DNA from: a virus
Taxonomy: Duplodnaviria > Caudoviricetes
Virus record (IMG/VR): IMGVR_UViG_3300006805_000023
Length of the DNA: 64,000 nt
Strand: one strand, 5' to 3'
Shown here: positions 16,673-25,515 of the stretch, one piece after another
Numbering within the stretch: the first letter of the stretch is position 1
Layout of the letters: the number at the start of each line of letters is the position of its first letter
Made by a program: the position numbers and the translations under genes
Notes under the pieces: model-generated
Told to the model about the DNA's origin: nothing
Seen by the model: the letters and a program-made list of their open reading frames with translations, nothing else
Database searches by the model: none

Positions 16673-16918
16673 TTACGTGAGAAGCGTCTCCACGGGAACA
16701 GCCTCAGCAATGGTGTGGTCTTTGCGGCGACAGAAGGCAAGCTCACCCTGGAGAGTCCGCACGGCCTTGATGTCGTAGGCCCTCATGAGAGCGCGCAGGT
16801 CAGTCTGAAAGTTCGCCATGATCTCGTCAAGGCCACCAGCAATCCCGAAACCGCGCTCGGCGTGCACGGTGTCATTGAACGCGATGGTGGAAGTTGTGCT
16901 GTGAGTTGGATTGAGCAT
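16673..16918 (-). CDS. hypothetical protein
   Basis: start moved to 16918 by promoter geometry. Confidence 0.65.
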   Translation of the reverse strand: MLNPTHSTTSTIAFNDTVHAERGFGIAGGLDEIMANFQTDLRALMRAYDIKAVRTLQGELAFCRRKDHTIAEAVPVETLLT

Positions 16919-16923
16919 CCGCA

Positions 16924-16952
16924 AAAGTAACACCGTTCGTTTCCGCTGTCAA
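16924..16952 (-). promoter_or_regulatory. sigma70-type promoter, leaderless
   Basis: TTGACA-N17-TACTTT, ATG 16918 after 5 nt. Confidence 0.8.
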
Positions 16953-16969
16953 GTTGCTTTCTTCCCAAG

Positions 16970-17284
16970 ATGATCCTCCCCCACCTTGCCGTCGGCGACA
17001 AAATCTGGTTTGACACGATGCGCTACGCGTTCACGGTCCGCTGTTGCACGGACCGGTTTGCGGTCTGCACGCGCCCCTTCGCTCCACGCAAGACCGTCCT
17101 GTACTGCATCGTCGATAAGGTGGAAAAGGTGCGTGGCCCTGAGGACCTGATCCTCGGCTTCGGAGCTGAGACCGATCAGCAGTGCCAGGAGATGTTGGAG
17201 CGTGTGAGCAAGGGCGAATCGAAGGTGTCACGCCGACGTGCACTGCCGCTCGTGATCCAGAAGATCGTGCCTAAGCAGGGCTGA
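16970..17284 (+). CDS. hypothetical phage protein
   Basis: 104 aa. Confidence 0.7.
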   Translation: MILPHLAVGDKIWFDTMRYAFTVRCCTDRFAVCTRPFAPRKTVLYCIVDKVEKVRGPEDLILGFGAETDQQCQEMLERVSKGESKVSRRRALPLVIQKIVPKQG

Positions 17285-17296
17285 TTTCTTCGGAGG

Positions 17297-17545
17297 ATGG
17301 CCGAAAACCCACCCGTTGAAGAGATCACAGGCACGCAACGCCTCATCAAGACCCTGAAGACCCGGTACGACGCCGGTGAGCATGAGATCCGGCTTAGCCG
17401 TGAGTCTCTGCAACTGCTGACCGGCCTGCCAGCCTACGACGAGGCGACGTCACGCCTTTACTTCTTTCCTCGCGGTGAGGGAGCTGGCGACTTCATCCCA
17501 TCAGCGGTCGATACCACTCCGTTTGTTAAACTGCTCAGGGTCTGA
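17297..17545 (+). CDS. hypothetical protein
   Basis: 82 aa. Confidence 0.6.
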   Translation: MAENPPVEEITGTQRLIKTLKTRYDAGEHEIRLSRESLQLLTGLPAYDEATSRLYFFPRGEGAGDFIPSAVDTTPFVKLLRV

Positions 17546-17550
17546 GCCAG

Positions 17551-17559
17551 CTAGTTATT
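17551..17559 (+). promoter_or_regulatory. putative late promoter
   Basis: CTAGTTATT, 6 nt before ATG 17566. Confidence 0.7.
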
Positions 17560-17565
17560 TGCACT

Positions 17566-18228
17566 ATGACAAGTGCAAACGCCATCAAGTGGTTCAAGCA
17601 GTCCTTCAAAACCGAACTGGAGAACGCCACCAGAGGGACGCCGTTCAACGCCTCGATTCTCGCGGCCATCGCCTATCAGGAGACCGGCTACATCTGGGCG
17701 GGTCTCGTTCAAGCAGGAAAGCCCAAGGAAGACATTCTGAGGCTCTGTGTGGGTGATACCATCGACGCCGGTCGTAGTGCCTTTCCGCGCACCAAGGCGG
17801 CCCTCGTCGCCGCCAACCGTGGCAACGAGATGTTTGCCATCGCACGCCAGGCCCTGGTGGACATGGCGAAGTTCGTCCCCGGCTACTCCGGTGCCGTCAA
17901 AAACCCCGACAAGTTCTGCCACGGCTACGGGATCTTCCAGTACGACCTGCAGTTTTACGCGAACGACCCCGACTTCTTCCTCAAGAAGCAGTGGTGCGAC
18001 GCCAGTGCCTGCTTCACTCGGATCATCAAGGAGCTGTACGCGGCCAAGGACCGTAACGGCTGGAAGGCCAAAAACGTCCTGACCTCCAACGAGCTGGTTG
18101 CCACGGCCATCGCTTACAACCGAGGCAGGTATGACCCGGACAAGGGGCTCAAGCAGGGCTACAAAAACGACGAGGGTCAGTTCTACGGCGAGCTGGTGAA
18201 CCGGTTCTACAACGAAGCCAGGGCTTGA
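17566..18228 (+). CDS. lysozyme-fold muramidase / lytic transglycosylase (putative endolysin or virion lysin)
   Basis: AIAYQETG catalytic Glu, GYGIFQYD, IAYNRG motifs. Confidence 0.75.
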   Translation: MTSANAIKWFKQSFKTELENATRGTPFNASILAAIAYQETGYIWAGLVQAGKPKEDILRLCVGDTIDAGRSAFPRTKAALVAANRGNEMFAIARQALVDMAKFVPGYSGAVKNPDKFCHGYGIFQYDLQFYANDPDFFLKKQWCDASACFTRIIKELYAAKDRNGWKAKNVLTSNELVATAIAYNRGRYDPDKGLKQGYKNDEGQFYGELVNRFYNEARA

Positions 18229-18653
18229 TGGAAACTCCGGAACTAAAGCACGAGTGGAGAAAGAAGTCCGGCAGAACAAAGCCGTTTGCGTCTCTGACCA
18301 TCGGGCTGTGCGTGCCTGGCTACTGGTCGATCTACAACGCGATGCCGTGGCCGGACACCGTCGGACACCTCGAAGCGACGAGCATCGACATGGGACAACC
18401 GGAGGGTTATCTGGCAGTGTCCACCGTCAAGGTCGATTCGAAGTGGCGTCGCCAGGGGCTCGGGAAGCTGATGTATCGGGAAGCCACTCGTCTCGCCAGA
18501 GAGGCCGGTTATCTCGGCATAGCCAGCGACACTACAGGGAGAAGTAATGATGCCGCCAGGGTGTGGGGGAAGCTTGGTTCAAAACGCGTCGGCGAGTACG
18601 ATGTCTTAGAGAGCCAGTGCGTCGATGCCCTCGTAAAGACCCTACTTGGTTAG
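18225..18653 (+). CDS. GNAT acetyltransferase with C-terminal copy of type-A tag
   Basis: VKVDSKWRRQGLGKLMY, SNDAARVW; ends LESQCVDALVKTLLG. Confidence 0.8.
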   Translation: MMETPELKHEWRKKSGRTKPFASLTIGLCVPGYWSIYNAMPWPDTVGHLEATSIDMGQPEGYLAVSTVKVDSKWRRQGLGKLMYREATRLAREAGYLGIASDTTGRSNDAARVWGKLGSKRVGEYDVLESQCVDALVKTLLG

Positions 18654-18656
18654 GAC

Positions 18657-18685
18657 TTGACAAGCGGTAGGGAGCGTGCTAAGTT
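18657..18685 (+). promoter_or_regulatory. sigma70-type promoter, leaderless
   Basis: TTGACA-N17-TAAGTT, ATG 18691 after 5 nt. Confidence 0.9.
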
Positions 18686-18690
18686 CCCAG

Positions 18691-18918
18691 ATGACCGCAA
18701 CATCAAACTCCAACATCACCAAAGCCTTCTTCGCCCTCACCGACGTCAAAGTGAAAAACGACGTCCTCGGTAATATCGCTACGCACTACGGGATAACACG
18801 GGCTGAAGCTCTGGCCGAAGTCACCGGCGACGAGGCCGAAAGCCTCCTTGACTACCTGACTGGCTCGGTCCGCACTGCGACCCACGTGCTGATGAAGCGC
18901 CACCAACTCGTCGAGTAG
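18691..18918 (+). CDS. hypothetical protein
   Basis: start moved to 18691. Confidence 0.7.
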   Translation: MTATSNSNITKAFFALTDVKVKNDVLGNIATHYGITRAEALAEVTGDEAESLLDYLTGSVRTATHVLMKRHQLVE

Positions 18919-18923
18919 GTGTT
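18915..18923 (+). promoter_or_regulatory. putative late promoter (variant)
   Basis: GTAGGTGTT, 3 nt before ATG 18927. Confidence 0.45.
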
Positions 18924-18926
18924 AGC

Positions 18927-19598
18927 ATGGTCTCAATCACACGCACGCTCCTGGAGGTTATCAAAGACACCTCTGGGCTGTCTGTGGCTGGCCTAAAACT
19001 GGCTGGGGTAGAGCGCATAAAGAACTGCGCCATTAGGAGTTTGACTACCAACGAGATCATAGAAGGAACGTGGCATGGCGATTGTTACGACGCGGCGTTA
19101 GAGCAGGGCTGGTTTCCAGGGGACATGCCACAGTCTGATGACTTACCGCGCTATGTGGAAGCCGGTTTCACGACTAACTCTGGGAGGTTTCTAGGGAGAA
19201 AAGAGGCTTTGGCGTTGGCAAAATCGTCCAGGCAATACTCAGGTCCTAAGAAGCACGCCCCCGACTACGAGTTGGAAGCAACAGAGTTTACTGAGGCCGT
19301 CTCCCCTTACTTCCTGAAGCGATTGAACCAGCTGATCAGACGCGGTGACGCCCAGCCACTCAGAGAGGCTGGGCGGTCTGCTACCTGCGTGACGGCGTCG
19401 GCCCTGATCCACGGGGAGCCAGCTGTCTTTACGTTTTCACTCGACCACCGTGATCACATCGCGGTTGCTGTGACAGCACAGCGTGATGGATTGTCCGGTA
19501 AGAGCCTGGGTACCTTCGTGGAGATCGACGATGCTCTGAAGGTGGCCGTGGCGACCTGTAAGGATCTCGACCGGATGTGGTCAAAGAGCGTCTCCTAG
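18927..19598 (+). CDS. hypothetical protein with type-B tag
   Basis: MVSITRTLLE; GFTTNSGRFLGRKEALALA motif shared with 63344..63847. Confidence 0.7.
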   Translation: MVSITRTLLEVIKDTSGLSVAGLKLAGVERIKNCAIRSLTTNEIIEGTWHGDCYDAALEQGWFPGDMPQSDDLPRYVEAGFTTNSGRFLGRKEALALAKSSRQYSGPKKHAPDYELEATEFTEAVSPYFLKRLNQLIRRGDAQPLREAGRSATCVTASALIHGEPAVFTFSLDHRDHIAVAVTAQRDGLSGKSLGTFVEIDDALKVAVATCKDLDRMWSKSVS

Positions 19599-19882
19599 TC
19601 AGCAAGCATCACGTTGCTCTCGCTCTCCTCGCCCTCTTTCCCACTAGCATATTTCACGCGCAGCGGGTTAGTACCGACCACCTTCATGGCGTGGCGTGGG
19701 TGCCACAGGTTCGGGCTCTTGTACTTGAGCGAGTCGCCGACACGAAAAGAGCCCGATCGCGGGATCACCTTAGGCCTGCGACCCTGCTGCATGTCCTCGA
19801 TCTCGCTGAAGTCCTTGCCAAAGATCTTGCCGTCGTTTTCCAACAAGGCCTTCGCGAGTGTGTCCGGAGTGTGTTTCATCAT
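19595..19882 (-). CDS. hypothetical SH3/KOW-like protein with type-A tag
   Basis: MKHTPDTLAKALLE; FRVGDSLKY. Confidence 0.65.
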   Translation of the reverse strand: MMKHTPDTLAKALLENDGKIFGKDFSEIEDMQQGRRPKVIPRSGSFRVGDSLKYKSPNLWHPRHAMKVVGTNPLRVKYASGKEGEESESNVMLAD

Positions 19883-19891
19883 GATAGCTAC
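19883..19891 (-). promoter_or_regulatory. putative late promoter
   Basis: GTAGCTATC directly before ATG ATG (19882/19879). Confidence 0.65.
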
Positions 19892-19902
19892 TGGGCAGCT
19901 GC

Positions 19903-20244
19903 CTACGCCTTAGGGAGGATGAAGGTGTACCACCTGTTGACGGCCTTGCCGGTCTGCTGGAGTTGCGCGATGATCTGTCTCGCGTCCTCCCGAGAATCGC
20001 CGTCGTCCAGCTCATTCTCGCTGTAGTCGGCGTAAAGCTGATCGTCAAGCATCCGGAACAGCTCATCAAACGAGCCAGGAACCTTGTTCCAGTGATACTG
20101 AGACCCGGCGAACTCGTCCAGCTCGTCCGGAGTCGGGTTTTCAGGGTTGGCTGGAAGCTGGGCCACCTGCAGGGCAGCGAGCGGCGAGGAGGCGGGCTCT
20201 TCGCCTGCCAGGAGGGTTTCAACAAGTTTATCGGCGGTTCTCAT
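19903..20244 (-). CDS. acidic hypothetical protein with type-A tag
   Basis: MRTADKLVETLLAGEE; ATGA-coupled. Confidence 0.75.
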   Translation of the reverse strand: MRTADKLVETLLAGEEPASSPLAALQVAQLPANPENPTPDELDEFAGSQYHWNKVPGSFDELFRMLDDQLYADYSENELDDGDSREDARQIIAQLQQTGKAVNRWYTFILPKA

Positions 20245-20471
20245 GAGTCTTCTTCGTTCGCGGGGTTCTCTTCATCAGGGACGACGCGCACGCCGATGAC
20301 CTCGACGCCGTCGGTCTTCTCCGCCCAGGACTGCAGAGCCGCATGGTTCTTGAACTTCTTTTTCCACGGCGTATTCTTCTCGCCTTTGGTGCCATGAGCT
20401 TCGACGCTCTGGTCGTCGCATTCAAGGAGGGAGTTGGCAAAGGTCTCAACGGCTTTTTCGGAAAGTTTCAT
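20241..20471 (-). CDS. hypothetical protein with type-A-like tag
   Basis: MKLSEKAVETFANSLLE. Confidence 0.7.
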   Translation of the reverse strand: MKLSEKAVETFANSLLECDDQSVEAHGTKGEKNTPWKKKFKNHAALQSWAEKTDGVEVIGVRVVPDEENPANEEDS

Positions 20472-20475
20472 CCGT

Positions 20476-20484
20476 GATATTTAG
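20476..20484 (-). promoter_or_regulatory. putative late promoter
   Basis: CTAAATATC, 4 nt before ATG 20471. Confidence 0.7.
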
Positions 20485-21182
20485 CAGGGAAGGTGTTTGG
20501 CGTCCCAGATGCAAGAGATCGCGAACTTGCCGCCATCGTCGTGCTCCATTTGGTCAGAAGAATGGAGTGATGAGGCAGTCCACCGGACCTCATCCATGAC
20601 TGTGTCGAGTGCCTCTTTCAGCGTCGGGGCGGAGTGGGAGATCGACAGCTTGACCTGGACCACGTAACGGTTGCGAGTGGTGCCGAGATCGCTCCGGCGG
20701 AGCGGGGTGAGTGGCTCGATGTCAGTCGGGTCCACGTGCAGCTTCCAACGCACATCAACAAAATCGCTGCCGATATGCCCGACCTTCGCTTTGAGACCAT
20801 CCAGAGAGACGAAGTTGGCGATCGCGTAAAGCTCCCTGCCGATGAACTGGCGAGCTGCCCCGTAGTTAGGGCCGTCGGCCTGGACGAGCAGATCGAAGCC
20901 GATGACGTGCTCATCCTTGCTGAGGCTGCGCAACAGCTCGGCGTGGAGCTTCCTGTGCTCGTTGAAGCGGGTGTTGACCCAGAGGAGGCTATGAGACGCA
21001 GCCGCAATCAGCTGTTCATAGTGCTCATACTCGCCGGTTCGCGGCGGAGTGGTTCCGATCAGTTCGCTGTTGCCGAGGACCTTCAGATGGCCCAGCAGCT
21101 CGGTGGTTGCCTGTCTGGCTTTGAACAGGGTGTCGCTGGTGTGGTGGCGGAGTTCGGTTTCGGTGGGTGCTGTGGTGCTCAT
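20481..21182 (-). CDS. hypothetical protein
   Basis: 233 aa. Confidence 0.7.
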   Translation of the reverse strand: MSTTAPTETELRHHTSDTLFKARQATTELLGHLKVLGNSELIGTTPPRTGEYEHYEQLIAAASHSLLWVNTRFNEHRKLHAELLRSLSKDEHVIGFDLLVQADGPNYGAARQFIGRELYAIANFVSLDGLKAKVGHIGSDFVDVRWKLHVDPTDIEPLTPLRRSDLGTTRNRYVVQVKLSISHSAPTLKEALDTVMDEVRWTASSLHSSDQMEHDDGGKFAISCIWDAKHLPC

Positions 21183-21289
21183 GAGAAGTTTTCGGGAGGG
21201 TTTTCTTTGACCCAGTTCGACATCCAGACCGAGAAGGTGTCACAGGCTTCAATGGCAGCCTCGGCGGTCCGGTGCGGGTCGATGATCAT
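21179..21289 (-). CDS. 36-aa hypothetical peptide
   Basis: hand-translated MIIDPHRTAEAAIEACDTFSVWMSNWVKENPPENFS; ATGA overlaps at both ends. Confidence 0.6.
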   Translation of the reverse strand: MIIDPHRTAEAAIEACDTFSVWMSNWVKENPPENFS

Positions 21290-21717
21290 GCTCTCACGGT
21301 AGTGGCAGCTGTGGCCTCCGTGAACTCGCCTTGATAGACCATGTCGTAATCGCCTGTTTCATACTGGGAGGCTGTTTTTGCATAAAGTTCGAGTGTTGCG
21401 GGTTCAGGAGGGATGCGCCAGACCTCTGTTCTGGACTGGTGCCACAATGCAATTGCGCTGTTGGAGGCCAGGCGCTTGATGCAGGCTGTGATCCCAGCTT
21501 CGTCCTGCGCGAGAAACAGGCGGTCGTGGCAGTGCTCCTTAACCTGCCAGCCCCTGGTGTAGCCAGTCTTGAAGCACTCTCCCGAGACAGCAGTGACAAC
21601 GCCGGTCCAAAGGTCGAACGTTGGGCGCGAAACATCTGCGTAGGTCGGGTCAGAGCCGTAGCAGACACAAACGATTTTCTGTCCGGTCTGAAGCTCAAGG
21701 AGAGGCGGAGGAGTCAT
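21286..21717 (-). CDS. hypothetical protein
   Basis: start moved to 21717. Confidence 0.7.
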   Translation of the reverse strand: MTPPPLLELQTGQKIVCVCYGSDPTYADVSRPTFDLWTGVVTAVSGECFKTGYTRGWQVKEHCHDRLFLAQDEAGITACIKRLASNSAIALWHQSRTEVWRIPPEPATLELYAKTASQYETGDYDMVYQGEFTEATAATTVRA

Positions 21718-21722
21718 GACGG

Positions 21723-21751
21723 AAGATAACATAGGTGTTAACGTTTGTCAA
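21723..21751 (-). promoter_or_regulatory. sigma70-type promoter, leaderless
   Basis: TTGACA-N17-TATCTT, ATG 21717 after 5 nt. Confidence 0.85.
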
Positions 21752-21820
21752 GTTCCGTTCCAGGCTCCATGCCGAGGAGGCCGTTGCACAGCGTGGAATC
21801 GCGCTCCTCGATGGAGAGCT

Positions 21821-22492
21821 TCATGAGATCAGGGTGTGGGCGTCTTCGGCGGTGAGAGGAATGTCTTTGAGCGACACGCCGGACTCAGTCATCAGGGTGA
21901 GGCCGCGCTTGCTCCACATTGTCAGAATGGCTACGGCAACACGCAGACTCTGGAGCTGGTTGAGCTCAAAGGAGAACTTGAAACCCCTCAAATGGAAGCT
22001 CGACATGACCATCGAGCAACGTGATTTGGAGTCAGCAGTGAGCGTTACGCCCTGGATGGTACTCCACCGGAAGAACATCTCCCAGACCAGACTGTCGATC
22101 TCACGCCTGGAGTCCTCTTGGACGTTGCCGAAGCGAGTCTGGACCCGGCTGAAGACGTTCTGGCGGACGCTGCCCTGGTACTCTTCCTCCTGGAGCCCGC
22201 CGTAGCTGTGGTCGAAGCACAACAGATAGTACTCTGTGCAGCCGTTGCGACCACTGCCTTGATGCTGGTAGGAGAGGATCACGCTGGCGCTCAGGATACC
22301 CCGCGCCATCTCAACCGACGAGATCACGACGCGGATCGCGACCGTCTTGACGATGATAGCCCACTGGCCGCGTGCCGTAGCTTTGGCCTCGAATGTGGTG
22401 TTGAGGCCATCAACGATCCCTTCGGCGGCGAGCAGCTCTGGGAAGTCATAGGCGGAGGCGATTTCGCGGATGAATTGGGTGAGGTCTTTCAT
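21821..22492 (-). CDS. hypothetical protein
   Basis: start likely MKDLTQF at 22492. Confidence 0.65.
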   Translation of the reverse strand: MKDLTQFIREIASAYDFPELLAAEGIVDGLNTTFEAKATARGQWAIIVKTVAIRVVISSVEMARGILSASVILSYQHQGSGRNGCTEYYLLCFDHSYGGLQEEEYQGSVRQNVFSRVQTRFGNVQEDSRREIDSLVWEMFFRWSTIQGVTLTADSKSRCSMVMSSFHLRGFKFSFELNQLQSLRVAVAILTMWSKRGLTLMTESGVSLKDIPLTAEDAHTLIS

Positions 22493-22496
22493 AAGA

Positions 22497-22826
22497 TCAG
22501 GCTTTGTCGAGGATGAAACTGCCGGAGGGGTCAGCGGCGAGCTTGGCTGCAAACTCGCGGTCGGCCTCGACGGTGTTGAGGAGAGCGCCTTGAGCGAGGA
22601 CGTCGTTCAAGAGAGGGGAGGAGCCAGGATAGACTGCCATGAAGGCAGCACCATCGCCGCGCTCGCGGCACTCGGTGTAGTAGGAGGCGGCCTGGGTCGC
22701 GTCTGGGAACGGGCCAACGATGCCACCGGCAAGGTCTTCCATGTGGAGATAGAAGCCAGTGGCTTGGATGTCGGGGCGGACCTGGAAACGAGGAGGTGGG
22801 AGGCGGAAGGGCGAGGGAGGAGTCAT
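22497..22826 (-). CDS. hypothetical protein
   Basis: start moved to 22826. Confidence 0.65.
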   Translation of the reverse strand: MTPPSPFRLPPPRFQVRPDIQATGFYLHMEDLAGGIVGPFPDATQAASYYTECRERGDGAAFMAVYPGSSPLLNDVLAQGALLNTVEADREFAAKLAADPSGSFILDKA

Positions 22827-22833
22827 GGCAAAT

Positions 22834-22862
22834 AACCTAATGCAAGTCATGGCGCTTGTCAA
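22834..22862 (-). promoter_or_regulatory. sigma70-type promoter
   Basis: TTGACA-N17-TAGGTT, ATG 22826 after 7 nt. Confidence 0.8.
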
Positions 22863-23185
22863 GTCCTACTACGCGCCATGACCGCGACAACCTGTCGGGC
22901 TTCGTCGGCGTTCATTTCTGACATGTGAGGGTCTTTGGACCAGCCGAGCTGTTGCTTCAACCAGCGGTAGGCCGCCTTGCGGTCCATCGAGCCAGTCTTC
23001 CAGAGCGGGTCGAAGGCCTCGTGGGCTCTGATTCTAGCGACGTGCGTCTCGCGATCGACCAGTGGCTTGCCGTTCCACGACCACAGGTCACAGCACATCG
23101 ACTTGATGCCAAACTTGCCTGTGACCTGTAGGGCGAAGCTGCCGCACTTAGGGCAGACTGGCGCTAACTGGTCGAACGGGTTCAT
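22859..23185 (-). CDS. zinc-finger DUF3268-like protein
   Basis: CPKC, CCDLW, ARIRAHEAFDPLWK, AYRWL..QLG, HMSEM. Confidence 0.75.
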   Translation of the reverse strand: MNPFDQLAPVCPKCGSFALQVTGKFGIKSMCCDLWSWNGKPLVDRETHVARIRAHEAFDPLWKTGSMDRKAAYRWLKQQLGWSKDPHMSEMNADEARQVVAVMARSRT

Positions 23186-23441
23186 CCGGGACGATAGCGC
23201 GCCTCCCGACTTTGGACAATCCCCCACTTTGAGCCTGCTGGTTCTGCCGGTTCTTGAGGTTGCGCGCCTTCATCTCGTTGTAAAGGCCGACGACGTGGAG
23301 CTTTAGGGCTTCGCCTTCGAGTCCCTGGGCACCACGCATGTAGCGGGAGCCCTTCATTTTGAGACCGAGGAACCGGTTCATCTTGTCCAGGCGGTCGGTG
23401 CCTGGAACGTCCTCCCACGTGATCCCTCGAAATGATGTCAT
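23148..23441 (-). CDS. hypothetical protein (3' end uncertain)
   Basis: ATGA-coupled start; overlaps next gene. Confidence 0.5.
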   Translation of the reverse strand: MTSFRGITWEDVPGTDRLDKMNRFLGLKMKGSRYMRGAQGLEGEALKLHVVGLYNEMKARNLKNRQNQQAQSGGLSKVGRRAIVPDEPVRPVSASLP

Positions 23442-23935
23442 GCGAGACTAGAAAGCGGAGCCTCGTCCTCAGTGGCGATTTCCAACAAGTAAAGCTCCCA
23501 GCACTTGTTGGGATCGACCCCCTTCTGAGTGAGCGGACGGTCCAGGATGGCCAGCTCACGCCCTTCTCCGGACTTGATGATGTTGTTGATGAAAGCGGCT
23601 TCGGTCCCATAGGCGAGCTTGACCCGGTCGCCGACCTTCTTCTCTTGGGTGCGCTTCCTGAAACGCAGGGCGTCACCTTTGGCCTCGCGGTCGAGCAGGA
23701 ACTTGATGCGGGTCATCACCACCCCGACTCGCGTCAGGATCTCGGCGGCCTTGGGTTGGAAGTGCTCGGCAGCCTCTGCCACACTAGCCCATATGTTGGT
23801 CTGAAATGAATAAGCAGCCATCATGGCAGCGTATTTCAGGTCGCCGATCCCCAGGATGCGCAGGGCTAGCACCTCCAAGTGCCGGAGCCACTCCTTGCTG
23901 GCGTCCTCAGGGATCGACAGCAGAGCCGAGCTCAA
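23438..23935 (-). CDS. hypothetical protein with KOW-like segment
   Basis: KVGDRVKL; 165 aa. Confidence 0.65.
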   Translation of the reverse strand: MSSALLSIPEDASKEWLRHLEVLALRILGIGDLKYAAMMAAYSFQTNIWASVAEAAEHFQPKAAEILTRVGVVMTRIKFLLDREAKGDALRFRKRTQEKKVGDRVKLAYGTEAAFINNIIKSGEGRELAILDRPLTQKGVDPNKCWELYLLEIATEDEAPLSSLA

Positions 23936-24321
23936 TGAGTATCTGCCATCATAAGGCTCAAGGAGCAGCGGCGGGTGCTGGTTGACGAGTTCCTCCCAAC
24001 CGTTCTCAGTAAGGGCTGACTTATGGCGAAGGCGTCCGGCCTGAACTCCTCAAACACCAGATGACCGTTGTCCCACTTGAACTCCTTGGAGTAGAGGAGG
24101 TGCATGAAGACGTGGCAGCTGGACGGAAAGGTGGCCGGAGCCCAGCAGCGCAGCACCTTGAAGAGGATCTCCGGCTGGGTCAGATTGCGAGCATTGAGCT
24201 GGTTGTTTCCCATGACGACCTCGAAGCGGTTGCGCCATGCCATGTAAAGCGAGACCGGCGGTGGGGTTTCGTCGTTGGTAACGGTTTTGGTGCCGGGTGG
24301 GGGAGGGGTGTTCGGTTTCAT
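23932..24321 (-). CDS. hypothetical protein
   Basis: start likely MKPNTPPP. Confidence 0.55.
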   Translation of the reverse strand: MKPNTPPPPGTKTVTNDETPPPVSLYMAWRNRFEVVMGNNQLNARNLTQPEILFKVLRCWAPATFPSSCHVFMHLLYSKEFKWDNGHLVFEEFRPDAFAISQPLLRTVGRNSSTSTRRCSLSLMMADTH

Positions 24322-24350
24322 GTCGGCCAAGAAACCACAGCCTAGGGGAC

Positions 24351-24379
24351 TTGACAAGATCCAGGATTCATGCTAAGTT
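24351..24379 (+). promoter_or_regulatory. sigma70-type promoter, leaderless
   Basis: TTGACA-N17-TAAGTT, ATG 24385 after 5 nt. Confidence 0.9.
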
Positions 24380-24384
24380 CCCCA

Positions 24385-24747
24385 ATGACCACGACCTCAA
24401 TCCCTCGCATCGACATCGTTAGCGCCAGCATCGTCCCGACCAGAGTCTGGGCCGGTGCCAACTCCGAAATGGCCGACATGGACAACCCACGTGGTGACTT
24501 TTACGAGGAGCGCTTCACGATTGAGGTCCTCACGGCATCGGGCCGCCGGTTCAACCATCAAGACACTTTTGAGAATCGCCCTGAGGGCTTGCTGGGTCGC
24601 GTCCGGGCTGCGATGAGCATTGCCCTTGACCACTGGGTTGAGGGCTACGAAGTTTACGGATCAGCTGCTTGGCAGGACGGCGACCAGCAACGCGAAATGG
24701 CGTGGCAGGCCGACCCAGCAACCCGTGGCTCCATCCGCGACTTCTAA
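24385..24747 (+). CDS. hypothetical protein
   Basis: start moved to 24385. Confidence 0.7.
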   Translation: MTTTSIPRIDIVSASIVPTRVWAGANSEMADMDNPRGDFYEERFTIEVLTASGRRFNHQDTFENRPEGLLGRVRAAMSIALDHWVEGYEVYGSAAWQDGDQQREMAWQADPATRGSIRDF

Positions 24748-24750
24748 AAC

Positions 24751-24990
24751 ATGATCAAGATCACCAGAGCCTACAGTCAACGCGTCTTCCACCTCCCGGA
24801 CGAGTCACCCGACTCCAAGATGGTTGGGACGTGGGTGCTCAAGGCCACCAGTAAAGGAGGCCAGACGTATCAGTTCGTTAGCGCTCCAGGCGACAAGCTT
24901 TCGACCGTCCTAGCTGAGACCAGAGCGCTTGGCAAAATCGACCCAGACCGTTGGGTCAACCTTGACTTCACCCAAAACCTTGACTTATGA
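24751..24990 (+). CDS. hypothetical protein
   Basis: 79 aa. Confidence 0.65.
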   Translation: MIKITRAYSQRVFHLPDESPDSKMVGTWVLKATSKGGQTYQFVSAPGDKLSTVLAETRALGKIDPDRWVNLDFTQNLDL

Positions 24991-25481
24991 TGTACCAAAT
25001 CGGCAACAAACGCGTCGGCAAAATCTCTTGGGATGAGCTTGCCCCAAGAGACACCTTCTACGACCTTGGCTGGGGCTACGGGCTGGTCCGTGGCAACACC
25101 CTTCTAGTGATCGACACCACGGGAGCCAGGGAGTCAGTAGCAAACCACCTGAGGCGACACGCCATCATCACCTGTCAGGCTGACCTCGACGCCCGACTGG
25201 ATGACTTTGTCAAGGGCGAAGAACGGCCCGGACCACGGCACAACCACCCTAGCTCGATCACTCCAGACACCACTGTGCACGGACGCCTCGGATGGCGCAA
25301 CCTCAACACGCTGGTTCATGGCCGGGACTTCTACCCGAACTTCGCGATCGACTTCCAGGCGCTCCTCAAAGCCTACGGGCTCCGCGTAGCGGTCTCCCCC
25401 GACAACGAGGTCGGAGTGTGGCCGGAGAACGATTACTCAAACATGGGGCCACGCAGCCTCCTGAAGCTCGCTGTCAACTGA
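24987..25481 (+). CDS. hypothetical protein
   Basis: 164 aa; ATGA overlap. Confidence 0.7.
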   Translation: MMYQIGNKRVGKISWDELAPRDTFYDLGWGYGLVRGNTLLVIDTTGARESVANHLRRHAIITCQADLDARLDDFVKGEERPGPRHNHPSSITPDTTVHGRLGWRNLNTLVHGRDFYPNFAIDFQALLKAYGLRVAVSPDNEVGVWPENDYSNMGPRSLLKLAVN

Positions 25482-25502
25482 TGTGGCATTCCTTTAACCC
25501 AA

Positions 25503-25511
25503 GTATCTATC
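25503..25511 (+). promoter_or_regulatory. putative late promoter
   Basis: GTATCTATC, 4 nt before ATG 25516. Confidence 0.65.
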
Positions 25512-25515
25512 ACAA

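Noticed and set aside
16673-16700. C-terminal VETLLT as another tag copy
   Set aside because: Only four matching residues, no preceding D or LE, and the gene is early-promoter driven.
23148-23227. Overlaps at 23148-23185 and 50450-50592 as real overprinting
   Set aside because: A single-base change in nearby G/C runs would give standard ATGA coupling; unresolvable without reads, so treated as possible indel errors.
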